From contig CM082579.2 of NCBI GenBank assembly GCA_040954595.2, positions 1,127,808-1,191,807 of the forward strand: 64,000 nucleotides of DNA, written 5' to 3'. Under the pieces are notes generated by a model that saw nothing but the letters and a program-made list of their open reading frames with translations, made no database searches and was not told where the DNA came from. The translations under genes and the position numbers were made by a program. The stretch comes from Balanoglossus misakiensis (taxonomy: Eukaryota > Animalia > Hemichordata). This document shows, in pieces, positions 1 to 13,600 of this stretch (within the stretch, counting starts at the first letter, position 1; each line of letters begins with the position of its first letter).

Positions 1-1698
1 TGCAAGGCTGTGTCTGGGATAGTGGGTGGGAAAAGGTTCGCAGCCATGCACCATATAGTTGGAGAGCCTCGACAGGGCTTATTGTAAGCATACACATGGG
101 GTGACTAATACATACTAATGATTGCTATGGCGAGATGATCTTATTTTTGTCAGTTAAAATACACCTTCCCTAGCAAGAACGCGTTTAGTTTGGACATCGT
201 CCTGACAGGGAGACTGTATGTCCACATCCTAATGACCGGTGTGTTTGGATGCAGTCAATTCCGCCAAAGTTTCGAAAGACCGTGGATGTACATTATAGTC
301 CATCCATGAACAGACTTTTTGTGAGTTCACTTGAAACGCCCATAGTCCAAAATGGATTGTGGTAGTCATGACAATGAAATAATGTGATTTTGTAACCATG
401 AAAACAAAACATTTGCATTTTGAGACATTGTCACTGACAAGAAGTTATGACTGATTGCAAACCCACATGACAAGGAATACAGTTCACTCTATATTCTATG
501 ATATACGAAACTTTTCAATACTGGCAACTTGGATTGCCATACACAAATTCATTGACACGCAAGATGCAAATAAGGCAATATCTTTGCTGTTCTACGATCT
601 GCAATATAACTGCAACGACAAAGCAGATATTTTCACTTTATATTTGCAGCCACTTCGTATGTCAGCTTTGAGGGCACCTCCTTTACTGTAAGCTCACTGT
701 GTTATACCCACTACATGTATAGGGCATTCAAATCATGCAAGTTGGATTACTTCAGCTTTTAACTCTTCCAAAACTACATGTAGAATAGAGACAAATACTA
801 GATACTTATTTTTATATGTGATATCTTTATTATTCTGTGCATTGATCTCATACACTTGCTGTATTGGCAAGTTACATAAATAATAATGGTATAACTGATA
901 AATAAACATACAGAAATGCATAGTACGTTTTCCAAGGTTCCACAACAGAATTACATTGTTATTGACATGGCCATATCTGACAGCATTAGAAGACACCAGA
1001 AACGGGTGTCATGATTTGATGATGTAATATAACATGCTCAAATCTCTGTCATTCTATCCTATAATTCCTACACATTTATGTACATATGTACAGGCCATTA
1101 TGGTGACAATGTACAACTCAGGGAAGACTAACAGAACTAATATTGAAAGGAAAGATTCATAAACTACAGCAAAGAAAGAAAGCAAAAATTTTAGAAAATA
1201 ATTAGGCTTTGTGTATATGTCCCTAATCAGGCATGACTTTCAGAGTTTAGAAATTGTCCACTAAATTGAAATACTAGAACTAGTTAACTAATTTGTAAAG
1301 AAAGATAATATCTTACAAAACTGAAGACATAAAGTAGAATGACACAATCCACTAAAAAGTGAGTGGATGTTTAAACATAGATAACAAAAAGATCCATTTC
1401 TGAGATTAAAGCTTACAACCCCACTGCCAAAATGCTGTGCGACAGTGCAAACAAAACTGATCAGATCGTACCATTGGACAACAGGGGAATGTGGGCCTAA
1501 AATGCAAAACACTGGCTCTGCTATAATATACAAACATGTAAAGTATATCATGGGTTGAACACCAATGCATGTAAATTAACACAGTGTGTGTATATGTCAA
1601 GCATTGTATCTGGTTTGAAGTAGGCTATGTGAAGACGCTTGTCTTTGGTATACCACTGATCATAGCCAGTGTCAACTTTGCAACACCACTTTGACAAC

Positions 1699-4600
1699 TT
1701 ATGCCGATTTCATTTCATGCTTGACACATGCTTTCCATCCATCCAGACCTTCATACTTGATCAGATGATACTAGAGGTTAAGAAGAGAATAGCAGTGATT
1801 ATTCACAGAGTCTCTGTCTGCCATCAACAATTCAACTACGGAGCAGTAATATTTTCAGAAACTGAAATTATGGCCACAGATGGCGCTAGGTCTAACTATT
1901 CTTTTTCACCATTGATTTAAAATTGTAAATATCCAACACTGTGGTGATACTCTGACCACAGCACAAGCTGTTCTAAAACTTACCCTACATCCCCGATGTA
2001 CTCTGTCTTTCATTACACCAATAAATTCCTTGTAGCTCAATTTTCCATCACCTGAAAATTACAACAGAAAATATAAATGATTATGTGTTACTCCCCATCT
2101 ATCAGATAATGTCAGCTCATAATGTAATATATAAGCTCTGCTTGCTGTCACAGCCAAAATGAAATCCTTGTGAAAGCAAACACAAGAAATCACTTACCAT
2201 CCTTATCAAATATTTGAAATACAGTATTCACCACATGAGGTGCAATGTCATGACCAGTTGAAATCTTCACCGCTCTCTTGAACTCAGCTGAAAACAGAAG
2301 AGACATGCAAGAATTAATTTACCAATATAGACCAATTTACAGACTAGATTTATAAATTGAAGTAACTGACAACAGAATACTTACTTTGTGATATGGGTTG
2401 ATTTGCTATGGTGTACATTCTCATGGCTATGGTGAAATCATCTAGGGTGTTCAGGAATTGACAGAAATCTTTATATTCTTGAAATGTGATTCCCTGGTGA
2501 GAGATTGAGAGATCTTTGTGATAGTGTAGTTCTGTTAACCAACCAGAAGAGACAGAGAGAGTAGGGTACATGTTCTACAATCAACAAGTATAGTGGACAT
2601 TTGTCTGCAATGTTTGGTGATTTGTTCATGATTTCTTTCTGTGTGTGCAACTGGAGTTTGCCATTCAGCTCAATGATATGCATGTTCTTAACTTCCCTGA
2701 TTTCTGCTTGTCAACACAGTCTTCATCTTATAATGCATAACCACCACAGTACTTGTAGACATTTCACTTCCAGAAAACTTAATTTTTGTTTATGAAGGTG
2801 TGGTGTTTAGTTTCAGACTTATTTACTGATAGTGGTGTACCTAAATTGTCTTTCGTGTTGTTTAGTCAAGTGAGGTAAGGTGAGATCAGGTAAAGTTAGT
2901 TTTCCAGAAATGTTCACAGATTCCCTCACATGCACATAGATAAACAGTAGTGCATAATGACAACACCATTCACCGATATCCCATCATGCCACAGTGGACG
3001 CGAAGATACCATTGGTTGTCTACACCAATATCCCATCATGCCGTAGTGGTAGTGGTAGAGAGGAGACACAGACGACGACTACTCATTAAATTTAATACGT
3101 TACATTTTCATGCAGTACCTCTCCTTGACTGATTCTCTTTCTCAATCTCTGCATGTAGTCTTCTTTGTCAGTGGTGGCTGCATTGGTGTATCGTAGCAAG
3201 ATCTCGGCGAATTCCTCCTCATTAATAACTGGCATGCCTTTGGAGTACTGCAAGAAGTGCTTCTTGGTCAAAGAACTCAACGTGAATAAACCGTGTACAC
3301 CACAAAATGGAAAAGATGACTTGTTGCACATTGTGAGATCTAGGGAGACTTGCTTGAAATCAATTCACAATATTCAAATAATGGCTCTCACAACAAAATG
3401 GGTGTTTAGCAATGAATGGCTTGTGAAATTACACACAAAAGGATATTTCCAGTTCAAGAACTTCAGCTTGCAAATTGTCCATAAACCTGAAAGTAAATCA
3501 AAATATGACTTCAGTAGACATCATGTATAAAGTTACATGGCAAATTTCTTGTCAACTTATGTACAAAGAATAGTAAATAAGCATTTTCAATGGGATTTTA
3601 TTTTAGCCGAAAAATGAGTCAAGCGAAAATAGTGAAAATTAAGTCCTAGGGAAAAATATGTATTCTACAGTACACAGAGTGCAAACCTACTTGAAAAAGG
3701 TGTTAAAGTCCAGACAATCTGTTCCTTTGCTGCCAAATAGGTGAACCATCACTGTTGTCTTGGGTGGTCCTTGAATTGACTGAAATGGTTGCAAAGTAAA
3801 TAGAAGTCATTAGTACATACAACAACTTGCATGAATGCACAGAAGTGTATTTGAAGAAAACTTAGAGAAGTCATTATTGCAGATAAAGAACATGTTTGTT
3901 TCCAAAGCTCCCATGTGTTTGAAATGTTGGTCAGATGTATGTAAACTATCACTAAAGGTGCCTTTACTGTCTTGCTGAAAGTATCCATTTTTATCTGAGA
4001 ATTACAGTTGACTAGTAATGCCGAATCTGTAATTCTTGAAGTTTGCAGGTTAGTGGTGGTGAGATATGTTTATTGCAGAAACTTTTCACCACCAGGAACA
4101 TGAATATTGTAATGGTGTAGATATGGAATATGTAAGAGAAAGCTAGATATATTATGTATTGAGTTATGCAAAGATGTCCTATGTGAATGAAGATACATTG
4201 CTAATAGAATATAAATATCAAAAGCCAGACGAGTAATTTGTACTTTTAGAGTTGTATAATTCTGAAGAAGAATTACAAATGAGATCACATGATACATGTG
4301 AAAAAATGACAGATAATGACGATATGTGTTTCATGTACATAACAACATTGTGGATGGATATCTGATGCATTCATGGATTAATATGTAAACGAGCAAAGAT
4401 TGTGCATGTTTGATTTTATGTAAAAAGAAAATATGATATGTGAATGTAGGAATACGTTACTGGTCAGTCAGTTGTCAGTTTGCATTAATATGTACATTTG
4501 TAGGTGAGTGTACTACCATCAAATCACATTTCATAACACACGTGTGATTGAATAGCGAGCCAGGGAGATAGTGTAAACTCAAGTGTCATGCAAAGTCGAG

Positions 4601-7600
4601 TAAAAAAGGAATACAGTCACCTCTCATTTACATGCCTAACCTTCTAATTACCATGAAGTGGTGTGCACTCAAGTGAAAATCTCTGATTGGTTGGATTTCC
4701 ACTTTCCAAGATAATTGTAGTTAAATTGGCAGAGATGACTGTACACCTTTAAAGCGTGCATTAACTAGTGAACTGGAAGAGGTTATGCAACAGAAGAGAC
4801 AGAACAGGAAGAAATATAGCGCAACCATCACTGCCTCAAAATAATAAATAGAAGTCTTGAAATCAGTTCTATCATAAAACAGGATAATTGCACCAGGAAG
4901 CCATTTCATGTACATCTGCATAGCCCAATTTAACGTCAAAAGACCAAGACTTTGTCTCTTTAATGGTAGTGCTAAGTTTTCTAGAGAACTTTATCCCTGT
5001 AAAACAAGAGCAGAATTTACCAGACAGCTGTGTCCCTTTAAAAGAAGTCAGTGCAACATTCACCAGAGCTTTGTCCCTTTAAAGAACAGTATACAATTCA
5101 TTGACAGCTACATTACCAAGAGTAATAGCAGAAACATAGGAGCATAGTAGACTAAAGAAAGACTTTGCAGTAAAGAAATGCTATGAAAGGACCACAGCAA
5201 ACCAGTGCTACTATATAACACTTGGGTATAAAAATGCAAGCCACATTGTAATACTTTTACTTAGATGCAGCTCAAGCAAAGATAATGGTTGTCATAGATA
5301 CCTGTCTCCGGAACTGAAATTTTAGGAAAGAGAGATCAGACCCGACCTTGGAAGAAAGTGCACTCATGAAGAACAAAAAAAACAAAAAAATCACATTCAA
5401 ACAGGCATATTAAATGTGGTTATAAAAAGCATGCATATAGATGGGACTTGTGTACCTTTAGATTGTAATAATGGCAAAAGTGTGAAAAAAACAAAAGAAA
5501 ACATGTCATTAATAATATAAATACATGTGTATAATGATCATATGAAGGAACTTTGAAACAGTTTTATGTGGTATTATATGTTTAAGTGGTTAGCACAACT
5601 TTCACACAAGTGCTTTGCAAAGGTCTGCAATTCTGGCAACACGTGATGGAAGAAATATGAAATCTCAAAGATTGTTATCCTCACTGTTGTCACTTTAAGC
5701 TTTCCCCAAAAAGAAAATATCCTTAAGTATTTAGACTAATTGGATTCCAGTTCATGTTTTAACAACTTGCATAAATGTGAATTCCTGAAAGATCTTGATC
5801 ATCTTAATCAAAGCTATACTGTCATGACCACTCGATGCATACATACATACACACACACACGCAAACACATGCACAAACACACATATGCACATTTGCACAC
5901 ACCAGTACTACACAGTTCCTGTGACAAAAGACAGGTAATAAAATCATCAAATCATTGTAATCACATACCTACAATAAAACCAACAATGAAGAGTCAAAAA
6001 TTCAGAAAATCGTCAAAGTGTCATTTTACGGCAAATGAAATGACAAAGTTTAATTTCTTTGTGAAGATGAGTTTCTCTTTACTTTTTTCTCAGTGAACAC
6101 TTAACCTCCTCCAGTGCAGGCAACCATAGAACACACACCTCCAGAGTGTCGTGTAAACAGGAAAAAAGAGGGTGATAGATTAAGACTGCACCAAGCAGAA
6201 TGAACTGAAACACACCACAGCCAGTGGAAATCACAAGATAAAGTGTTTCATAGCTGCAATTGCCAGCTGCAGAATAAAAGTAAACTTGTGTTTGAACAAA
6301 AAAAAATTGCAGATAGAGGACAGCACAGGTGTGTGTGCAAAGGTTTATTATCAGAACGGCTAAAAAATATGGCCGGTTAGGATAAAATATTAGGAGAGCA
6401 CATGTCAGAGAATTGCATAAAGTATAGTTGTGACTGAGGCGTTTGCACTGTGGTTTCTACACTGGAGGATTATGTGTTCACTGCAAATGCCAAAGTGGAG
6501 AATACATACGGAATCAGCATCAGAGGACAGGTATTTGGAGACTAAACTCACACTTTCCGGGGAGTCATCAGTTTTCTTGCCAAAGATTTCTTCAAGCTGA
6601 GTGGCGAGAAAAGAAAAGAAGAAAATTTACAATCAAACTCCAACTCACCAACTTTCCAAGACCATAGGTGTAAAATACTAGGAACTTATATGATTTTGTA
6701 TAAAGCATATGAACTTTGTTTCTTTCTTAGTACATGCCGAGGAGTGGTTTAAAATTCTTAGAGAGCATGAACCCTGTAAATGACACCTACCACCAAGAAT
6801 TCTTTCCTGTCCACTTTTTGATTTCCATCTCTGTCAAACATGTTGAAAGCAATCTGAAAACCAGCTTTGGGTTCTGTAAGAGAAAATCCATAGGGTGAGA
6901 ATATGTGTGGATGTAGATATTGACATACAAACAATACATGATGTAACATCAATATTTTCAAATGCTAGATTGATGTGAAGCATCTCAGAAAGCCTATTCT
7001 CAAAAGTTAGTCCTAATTAAACATTTTTTGAGCAATTGTCCAAGAAAGAGGTGACAAATGAACTGATTAGAAGAAACTTTCTGAGACCACTCCACGTCAG
7101 ATCAGACTACTTACTGGTAAGAATGCATAACAAGAAGAGATACTCTGTGTAGGAGATGATTCCTGTAAATAAGTAAAAAGAGAAAACAAATTAATGAAAA
7201 AAAAGTTCTAGCACCTGGGTAACAATACTGCCACCTATCCATTAACTTGTTGACTCTTTCGTTTATATGGGCCAGGTGGGTGCAGTGACTGCTTCAGTGA
7301 ATGTTGGAATGACTATTTTCAAAACCCACAAACCATTTCAGGTATTTGACCACCCACAAATACATGGCAGTTCTAAATTACATCTATGAGTCAGTCATGC
7401 TAAAAGTTTATTCAACCATTCCTTCTTCCTATTAAATGCCGGCCGAGGGAAAACCCTGCTGTCATACCTTTCTTTCTATGCTCACACGGAAGTCTGTTTT
7501 GACAACTGCTGATTATAAGTAGGTGATGAATAAATCCATATGCTTCACTACTCCAAGCTCTGCCCTGGTCAAAAGTCATGCACATTGCTAGTTTTATTTT

Positions 7601-10600
7601 CCTTCACAGTGTAAGGAAGACACTAAAAATACAAAGTTATCCTCTGGCATTTTACCTGATTTTCCCCTTGGTTTAAAAATGCAGTGTGAGTCATAATATT
7701 AATAGGTAGCAGATGTGTTACCAGGTTTCAAAATCATTTACCACCCTTAGCACAAACATTAAATATTAGAGCCTTTTTTTAGTTTTAAAGGGACTTTTTG
7801 TGACAAGTGATATACACTGATGTCTCGTTCTTGTACAGTTCATATTACATGTATATATTTCATATTATACCAAGCACCAAAGGTAACTCTCATTATTATA
7901 GTTAGACCTCAGTAACATATAGAAGTTGTCTGTCACAAAGGGGAATTTTGTGAGCATAGCGCCCCCTAGCGTTTACCATCCACACACCAGAAAGTGTGAC
8001 TTGGCATGAAACTTTTCAGCTGGATGAAATCTGTGCTGTTTTCAACTGTAAATATTTACAGATCAGGAATATTGGAGCTTAATCCAATGAAAGTACACCA
8101 AAGAAAGTACATCAATGAAAATGAAGCGTGTAATTAGACTTTATTAAAGGTTGAACAGATACTTTTCATCAACGACTGGCCACCGACCGTGTTGAATGAG
8201 AACTCACCAAGGTGAGTCTGGGGTCATTTGGTAAGGTCATTAACTGAACCACTTGTAACAATATTTGCTTTTCTCTATTGGCAAGGGTTGAAAGAAGCAG
8301 CTACAAGGTTTTTTGTAATGAAGAGTAAACAGAATCTCAGAAAATCTGCAGTCCCCTCCCTGGCGTCTTAAATGGATCATTAGGACTTGAACATTTGCCA
8401 ATATGCTTTGGTTTTCAATGGACCCAAGAGGACTAATAACATAGCCTTGTTCATTGTTAATGCTACCTAAACACCGACTCAATGACAGAATGAGAGAGAG
8501 AGAGCTGGGTACAATGTTTCAATTCAAAAAGCAGCAAGGAAGTTTTCCCTTGAAGTGGTGGTTGAAACAGCTACATGTATGTACATGTTGACCCCCACTT
8601 TGTCAATTGGTTTCTGGTAATGGCACCTACTTTCGTCAATCAAAAATACGCAGGTCCTGAAATGAAGTTGTCAAACTGTTCCTTTAATATAGTATGCTCA
8701 TGTCTATTTTATTTTTTAATAATAATTTCTCTTTCACTGACACAGTCAAATCAATAAATACTTGACACTGAGGTATACTAAGTTGCATTGATAAACAATA
8801 ACAACAACAACAATAAGAAGAAGAACAATAGACTCAGTCTATGTTATTCAATTTCTCTACACAATGATGACAAAATGACTGAGTAAAAATCTCAAGTCTC
8901 TGTAGTTTTGGTATGCAGGAAAACAGAGCCATAGCAGTATTCTTTATACAGCATGCATGCCATAAGTTTAAGTCAAGTTTCTAAAATATCCCATAAACAT
9001 ACAGGTGTTTGTTTTTACATGTGGCATTACGTAGTGATGCTAATTGGGATATAATTAGAGGAATTAAAATGTTAGCTGATATCTGGGCTTGAGTTTGTTT
9101 TCGCTTCTCCTGGAAAGTTAAACTATCAATGCAAGTAAGTTACTTCAAAGATCCGACAGTCATGTAATACATGAAATGCAATACAGTCTGTGTAATAGGA
9201 AAACTCAGTGAGTTTGCAATGTTCAGCAGCTGTGTGGTCACTTGAAGCAGTGGGTGGCTGAAGTTTTGGATTTACAGCCACTGTGGGCCGAGGAAATACA
9301 AAACCAATTTACTGCCTGTGATGTGTTTGAGTGGACACCAATTGCATTCAAATGTGCATTCAACCTGTTTCTTGTAAAGACAGATACCAGCTGATGCAAA
9401 ATGTGACAGATGGATGAGATCCATGGCAATATTAGTTTTCCTAATCTCTCTATCGTCACCGTCAGATCCGGTAAAATGTTATGGTGGAATACTCTTTTCT
9501 CTAAGTGGAAAAGTTGCTAACTTTAGGCATTTTTTGGCTTTTCTTGATAATTAATTATGTTCTGCTCATTGAAATGTGCTCAATGTACTCAACTTGCACC
9601 TCGTATATAGATCCACTGTACTGGGATATGACATACATGTATGAATACTTTGATTATTTAATTTTTGGTCAATACCTTGTGGAAGTATCCTTCATTTATT
9701 TTGTTAAGTGCCCCGAGTGTGAATTCTGGCATTCAGCATACTGGAAGCTACGGTAGAGATTCAAAGTGTCACAGAAAACTGATCCAGTGTATTGATTTTA
9801 GATCCCACTTACAGTTCAAGTGTTCTAACAACAACCTCCTAATGTGTGTCCTAAAAAAACATTCCCCTACATTGGCCCATTGATCCCGTTTTGTTTATAT
9901 TCTTGATTCTATATTGTTGGCAGTGAGCACCCTCAAGTGCAGACATAAACCAGTTTATGATGCTCGGAATTGGTACTTGTCATTGTAACTCAATACTTCA
10001 TTGCTTGTTGAAATACTATTTGATTGCATACCTAGGTCATTGGGAGTTTGTAGTAAATGTACAACTTCAGGGTATTTGCAGTAAATGTACAACTTCAGGG
10101 AATTTGCAGTAAATGTACAACTTCAGAAGGAAAGAAGTACTCATGCATACAAACACACATACATGAACACCAATGCATCGACCTGCCCAGGTCAGAGAAA
10201 CTGACCAGTCCCTCTCCTACTGAATTTAATTGCCTTGATGACAACATTCCATCTCCTGAACTCAATCACGTCCTCTGTATGCCCTCTACAAATATCTAGG
10301 ACCCTAGCTAACTTGACATGATAAAAAAAATTAAAGGCCTGTTAGCTTTGCTATTACAGATTTATCATCTTATCACTATATTGGGTATGGGCACTTTAAA
10401 CGTTAAAGTAACTTTATTAAGTTCAAAATAAATTTCCCATGATCTTGCACAATATTTTGATTCATGTATCTGGGATCATTTCCTTTACGGGTTTATTCAG
10501 TGTGTGAGATTTCTGCAGACCTGGCATTTTCCCATAGTTTTCTGACTGAATTATCAAGAAGGCATTATCAGCAGTTTACCACAAATCCATAATTAAACAT

Positions 10601-13600
10601 GACCCCTCTAAGAATTCACCCCTGGAGGATTATCTGTAGGAAGTCCTGATTGCACGGAAAATGACTCCTGGCTTGTTTCTCACCAATACACTGACCCTTC
10701 TACAAAGATTTGCCAACTCCACCTAGGCTTATCCTTAAGTCTGTGTCACGCATGACTCACGATCGACTATGTTTACAAAACTCTATAAATTGGCAGGCTG
10801 GGACCAATCTCCCAACTGATCCCTGACTTATATGTGGATGTACTGCGTAGTCTAGAGGGGAAATTCAAAAGACATCAAAACATGTCTCTAAAAATAAGCT
10901 CCCAACCGGATCCGACAACCCTGTTTGTAGTAATTTAGTGGAATCATTATATGTAATGGATCTAGAAAAAATGTCTAGTATTTTGATCTGTTACAGACTA
11001 ACATTAACGGATTTCCTTGTCACCACTTTACAAAATTCTGCTCTATAAAAAAATTTCCCATATGACTATATCGTCAAGATTTTTCTGTTGACCAATTTAT
11101 TTGCAATAGTCGTGACATACAACTGTTGATTTAAAATAGGCAGTTCTGTTTGTCTTTGAAGCAGTTACACTACCTGCTACCACTAATCACAGCATGTACT
11201 TTTCTTGGCGGAAAAATCCAGCAAATAGAAAGCATACCATGGCCACAGACACTCTAGTTCTCAAAGTTTTGGAAATGGGAGGTGGGGGGGGGGCAATCTT
11301 TCTATGGGATCACACAGAGAGAAGCATATTTCTTCATGTAAATTCCCAAGTTACTGATTTCACTAGCAAGTATTTAACTGTTGTTCTATAAAAGGGGCAG
11401 ATGTTATACACAATTCCCAGCACAGACAAAGGGTCTTTTGTTTTTATCTACAGAAGTGCCCACGTCCAGAAATATGGGCCTTTATAAATCAATCAAGTTA
11501 CTGCTTTGACTCCCTTAAGTATCAGGAAATTTATGACTCAGTAGCATTTAACACACTCTACATGCCTACAGTCAGCAGGAGAAAACTGTATTTTAGCAAA
11601 GACACGAGAAGTATCAATAAATCTAAAGGCCGTTACACTAAACAGTAGAGGGGAAAAACATTCCCCACCATTGAATGGTATGGCTATGTCAGCTAGAACC
11701 GTGGACATCTTAACATGTTATAGGGAGTAGAAAAACAGAGTACAAGAGTTCTGTGAAAGGAAAACAACACTCACGCGACTGTGGGGGTGTTTGGTGCCCT
11801 GTAGAAATAATAATACAGAAATACTACACCTACGCCCGATGATCATGTTTTGATTGAGGAAAAGGATATCTTCAGCATGTTCCTGTTGTGGGTGACTATT
11901 TCAATGACTCATCACTTAAAGACGAATCCCACTGCGACTGATCATTCTTGATTTGTAGTGTTTCATCTGATGAGGGTGGAAATTAAGGTGTCTGTACTGA
12001 TCTTCCCGACATCTATCGATCGACTTTAATGCTAAAGTAGGCATAAGTTCGTTCTGCTATGACTCATCTCTGACAGACAGTGGTTAAAACGACCACTATC
12101 TGCAACTTCTGGCTGTTATTTCACCATATTTGTTTTTACATAAAACCTAAATTTTCTTGTGAATCCAAACACACCAAGTTTTTTGCTTGTCAACAGGTGT
12201 GTTCAGTGATCAAGTTGAAAAACGCATTCAAGTCTGGACTTGAATATTATTTTTGTACAATATTCGATCTCGACAAAAAATCTGAACTGGTTGACAGACA
12301 ACTGAGAAGAAATTTCTCACTGTTTGGCGACAACTGTCCCTGATCATTGACCTTGGCTGACTCGACAGTTCAGGCCATGTACACAATACTTGGAAGGCAA
12401 CACAGAAAGTCTTATCAGAATTAAATACTTCAATTATTGACACAGAATTCATCAAGATAAGGAAATGACCACATATCAAAAATCTAACATGTGTTAAACA
12501 CCTGTGTCTGGGACACAATCCAAGACAATAAATATACTATATCAGTACACAAACGTGGCTATATAAAACATACTTGAGATAAACGGAATATAACAGAACA
12601 CATGGAAACAATCAAAACCATAATTCAAAACTAAAAATGCATATTGTAACTCCACATGTTTCTTTTGAAGGAAGAATGCAAATGATCATTCTTTCCGATT
12701 GTTTCCTAAAGTTTATATAAGGCTATGACTGCATCCAAAAGTTTGCCGGATGTTCATGTCTTTTAAAAATAATTTAGAAGGTATGTAAGTTTTTGAAATG
12801 ATCAAATACCTCTGCAAACAAAAATCATTCTTTGTGTAGTGGTTACCTTGGTCATGCAAAGATCGGAACAATTTGGTAGATGATTTATTCTTTCGAGGCA
12901 CACTCTTCAACATCTTCTCCACTTCTTTGTCTGGAATTTTCCTTCTCCCGATGCGAGCTGATGGGAAAAAGTGAGAAAAAAAAAACATGACACAAAGAAG
13001 AGGTGGCTAGATACTCTGCTGATTAGAGAAGCGGCCGACAAACTTTAAGGTGTACTTTTTACAGGTTATACAATGTATATATTAGAGTCGGGGCGAAAAG
13101 CGAACTGTCCAATATAAACATTCATAAAACTGCAGCCTCATCACTTTCAAACCCTTTTAAAATATAAATTACAAGAAGATAAGACCCAAGCTGCTTTATG
13201 CCTTCATGTTGAGAATGGCTTACTGCGACTGAGCTGCCTGAAAGGAATGTCCTGACCAATGAATTTTATGATCAGCAGAGTTGATAAAAAGCTGTTTTTC
13301 CCCTTCTATGCAAGAACGCTGCCTGTAGTCTTGAAAGACATGGATGATAAAATATTGTAGTGATAAGAGAGAGAGTTGGGCAATGGAGAAACAGGACACA
13401 ACTCCCAAATGGAATAAATGATGTAATCTTTTTATTGGCAAAATTTGTTTGAAAATATGGGCCATATGACCATTTCATTAACAGGAATTAAAATATTAAA
13501 CTGAATATAATGAAACAGGATTAACAGTAACAGACTCTAAACCTGGGAAGCTCTCAGCCATTTACTTCATTTCAACTTCCCCTGATGACAACTGATCACC

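Noticed and set aside
6105-6204. Additional in-frame MICU cassette exon
   Set aside because: An AG...GT in-frame solution exists, but the donors are weak and the hydrophobic peptide does not resemble MICU proteins.
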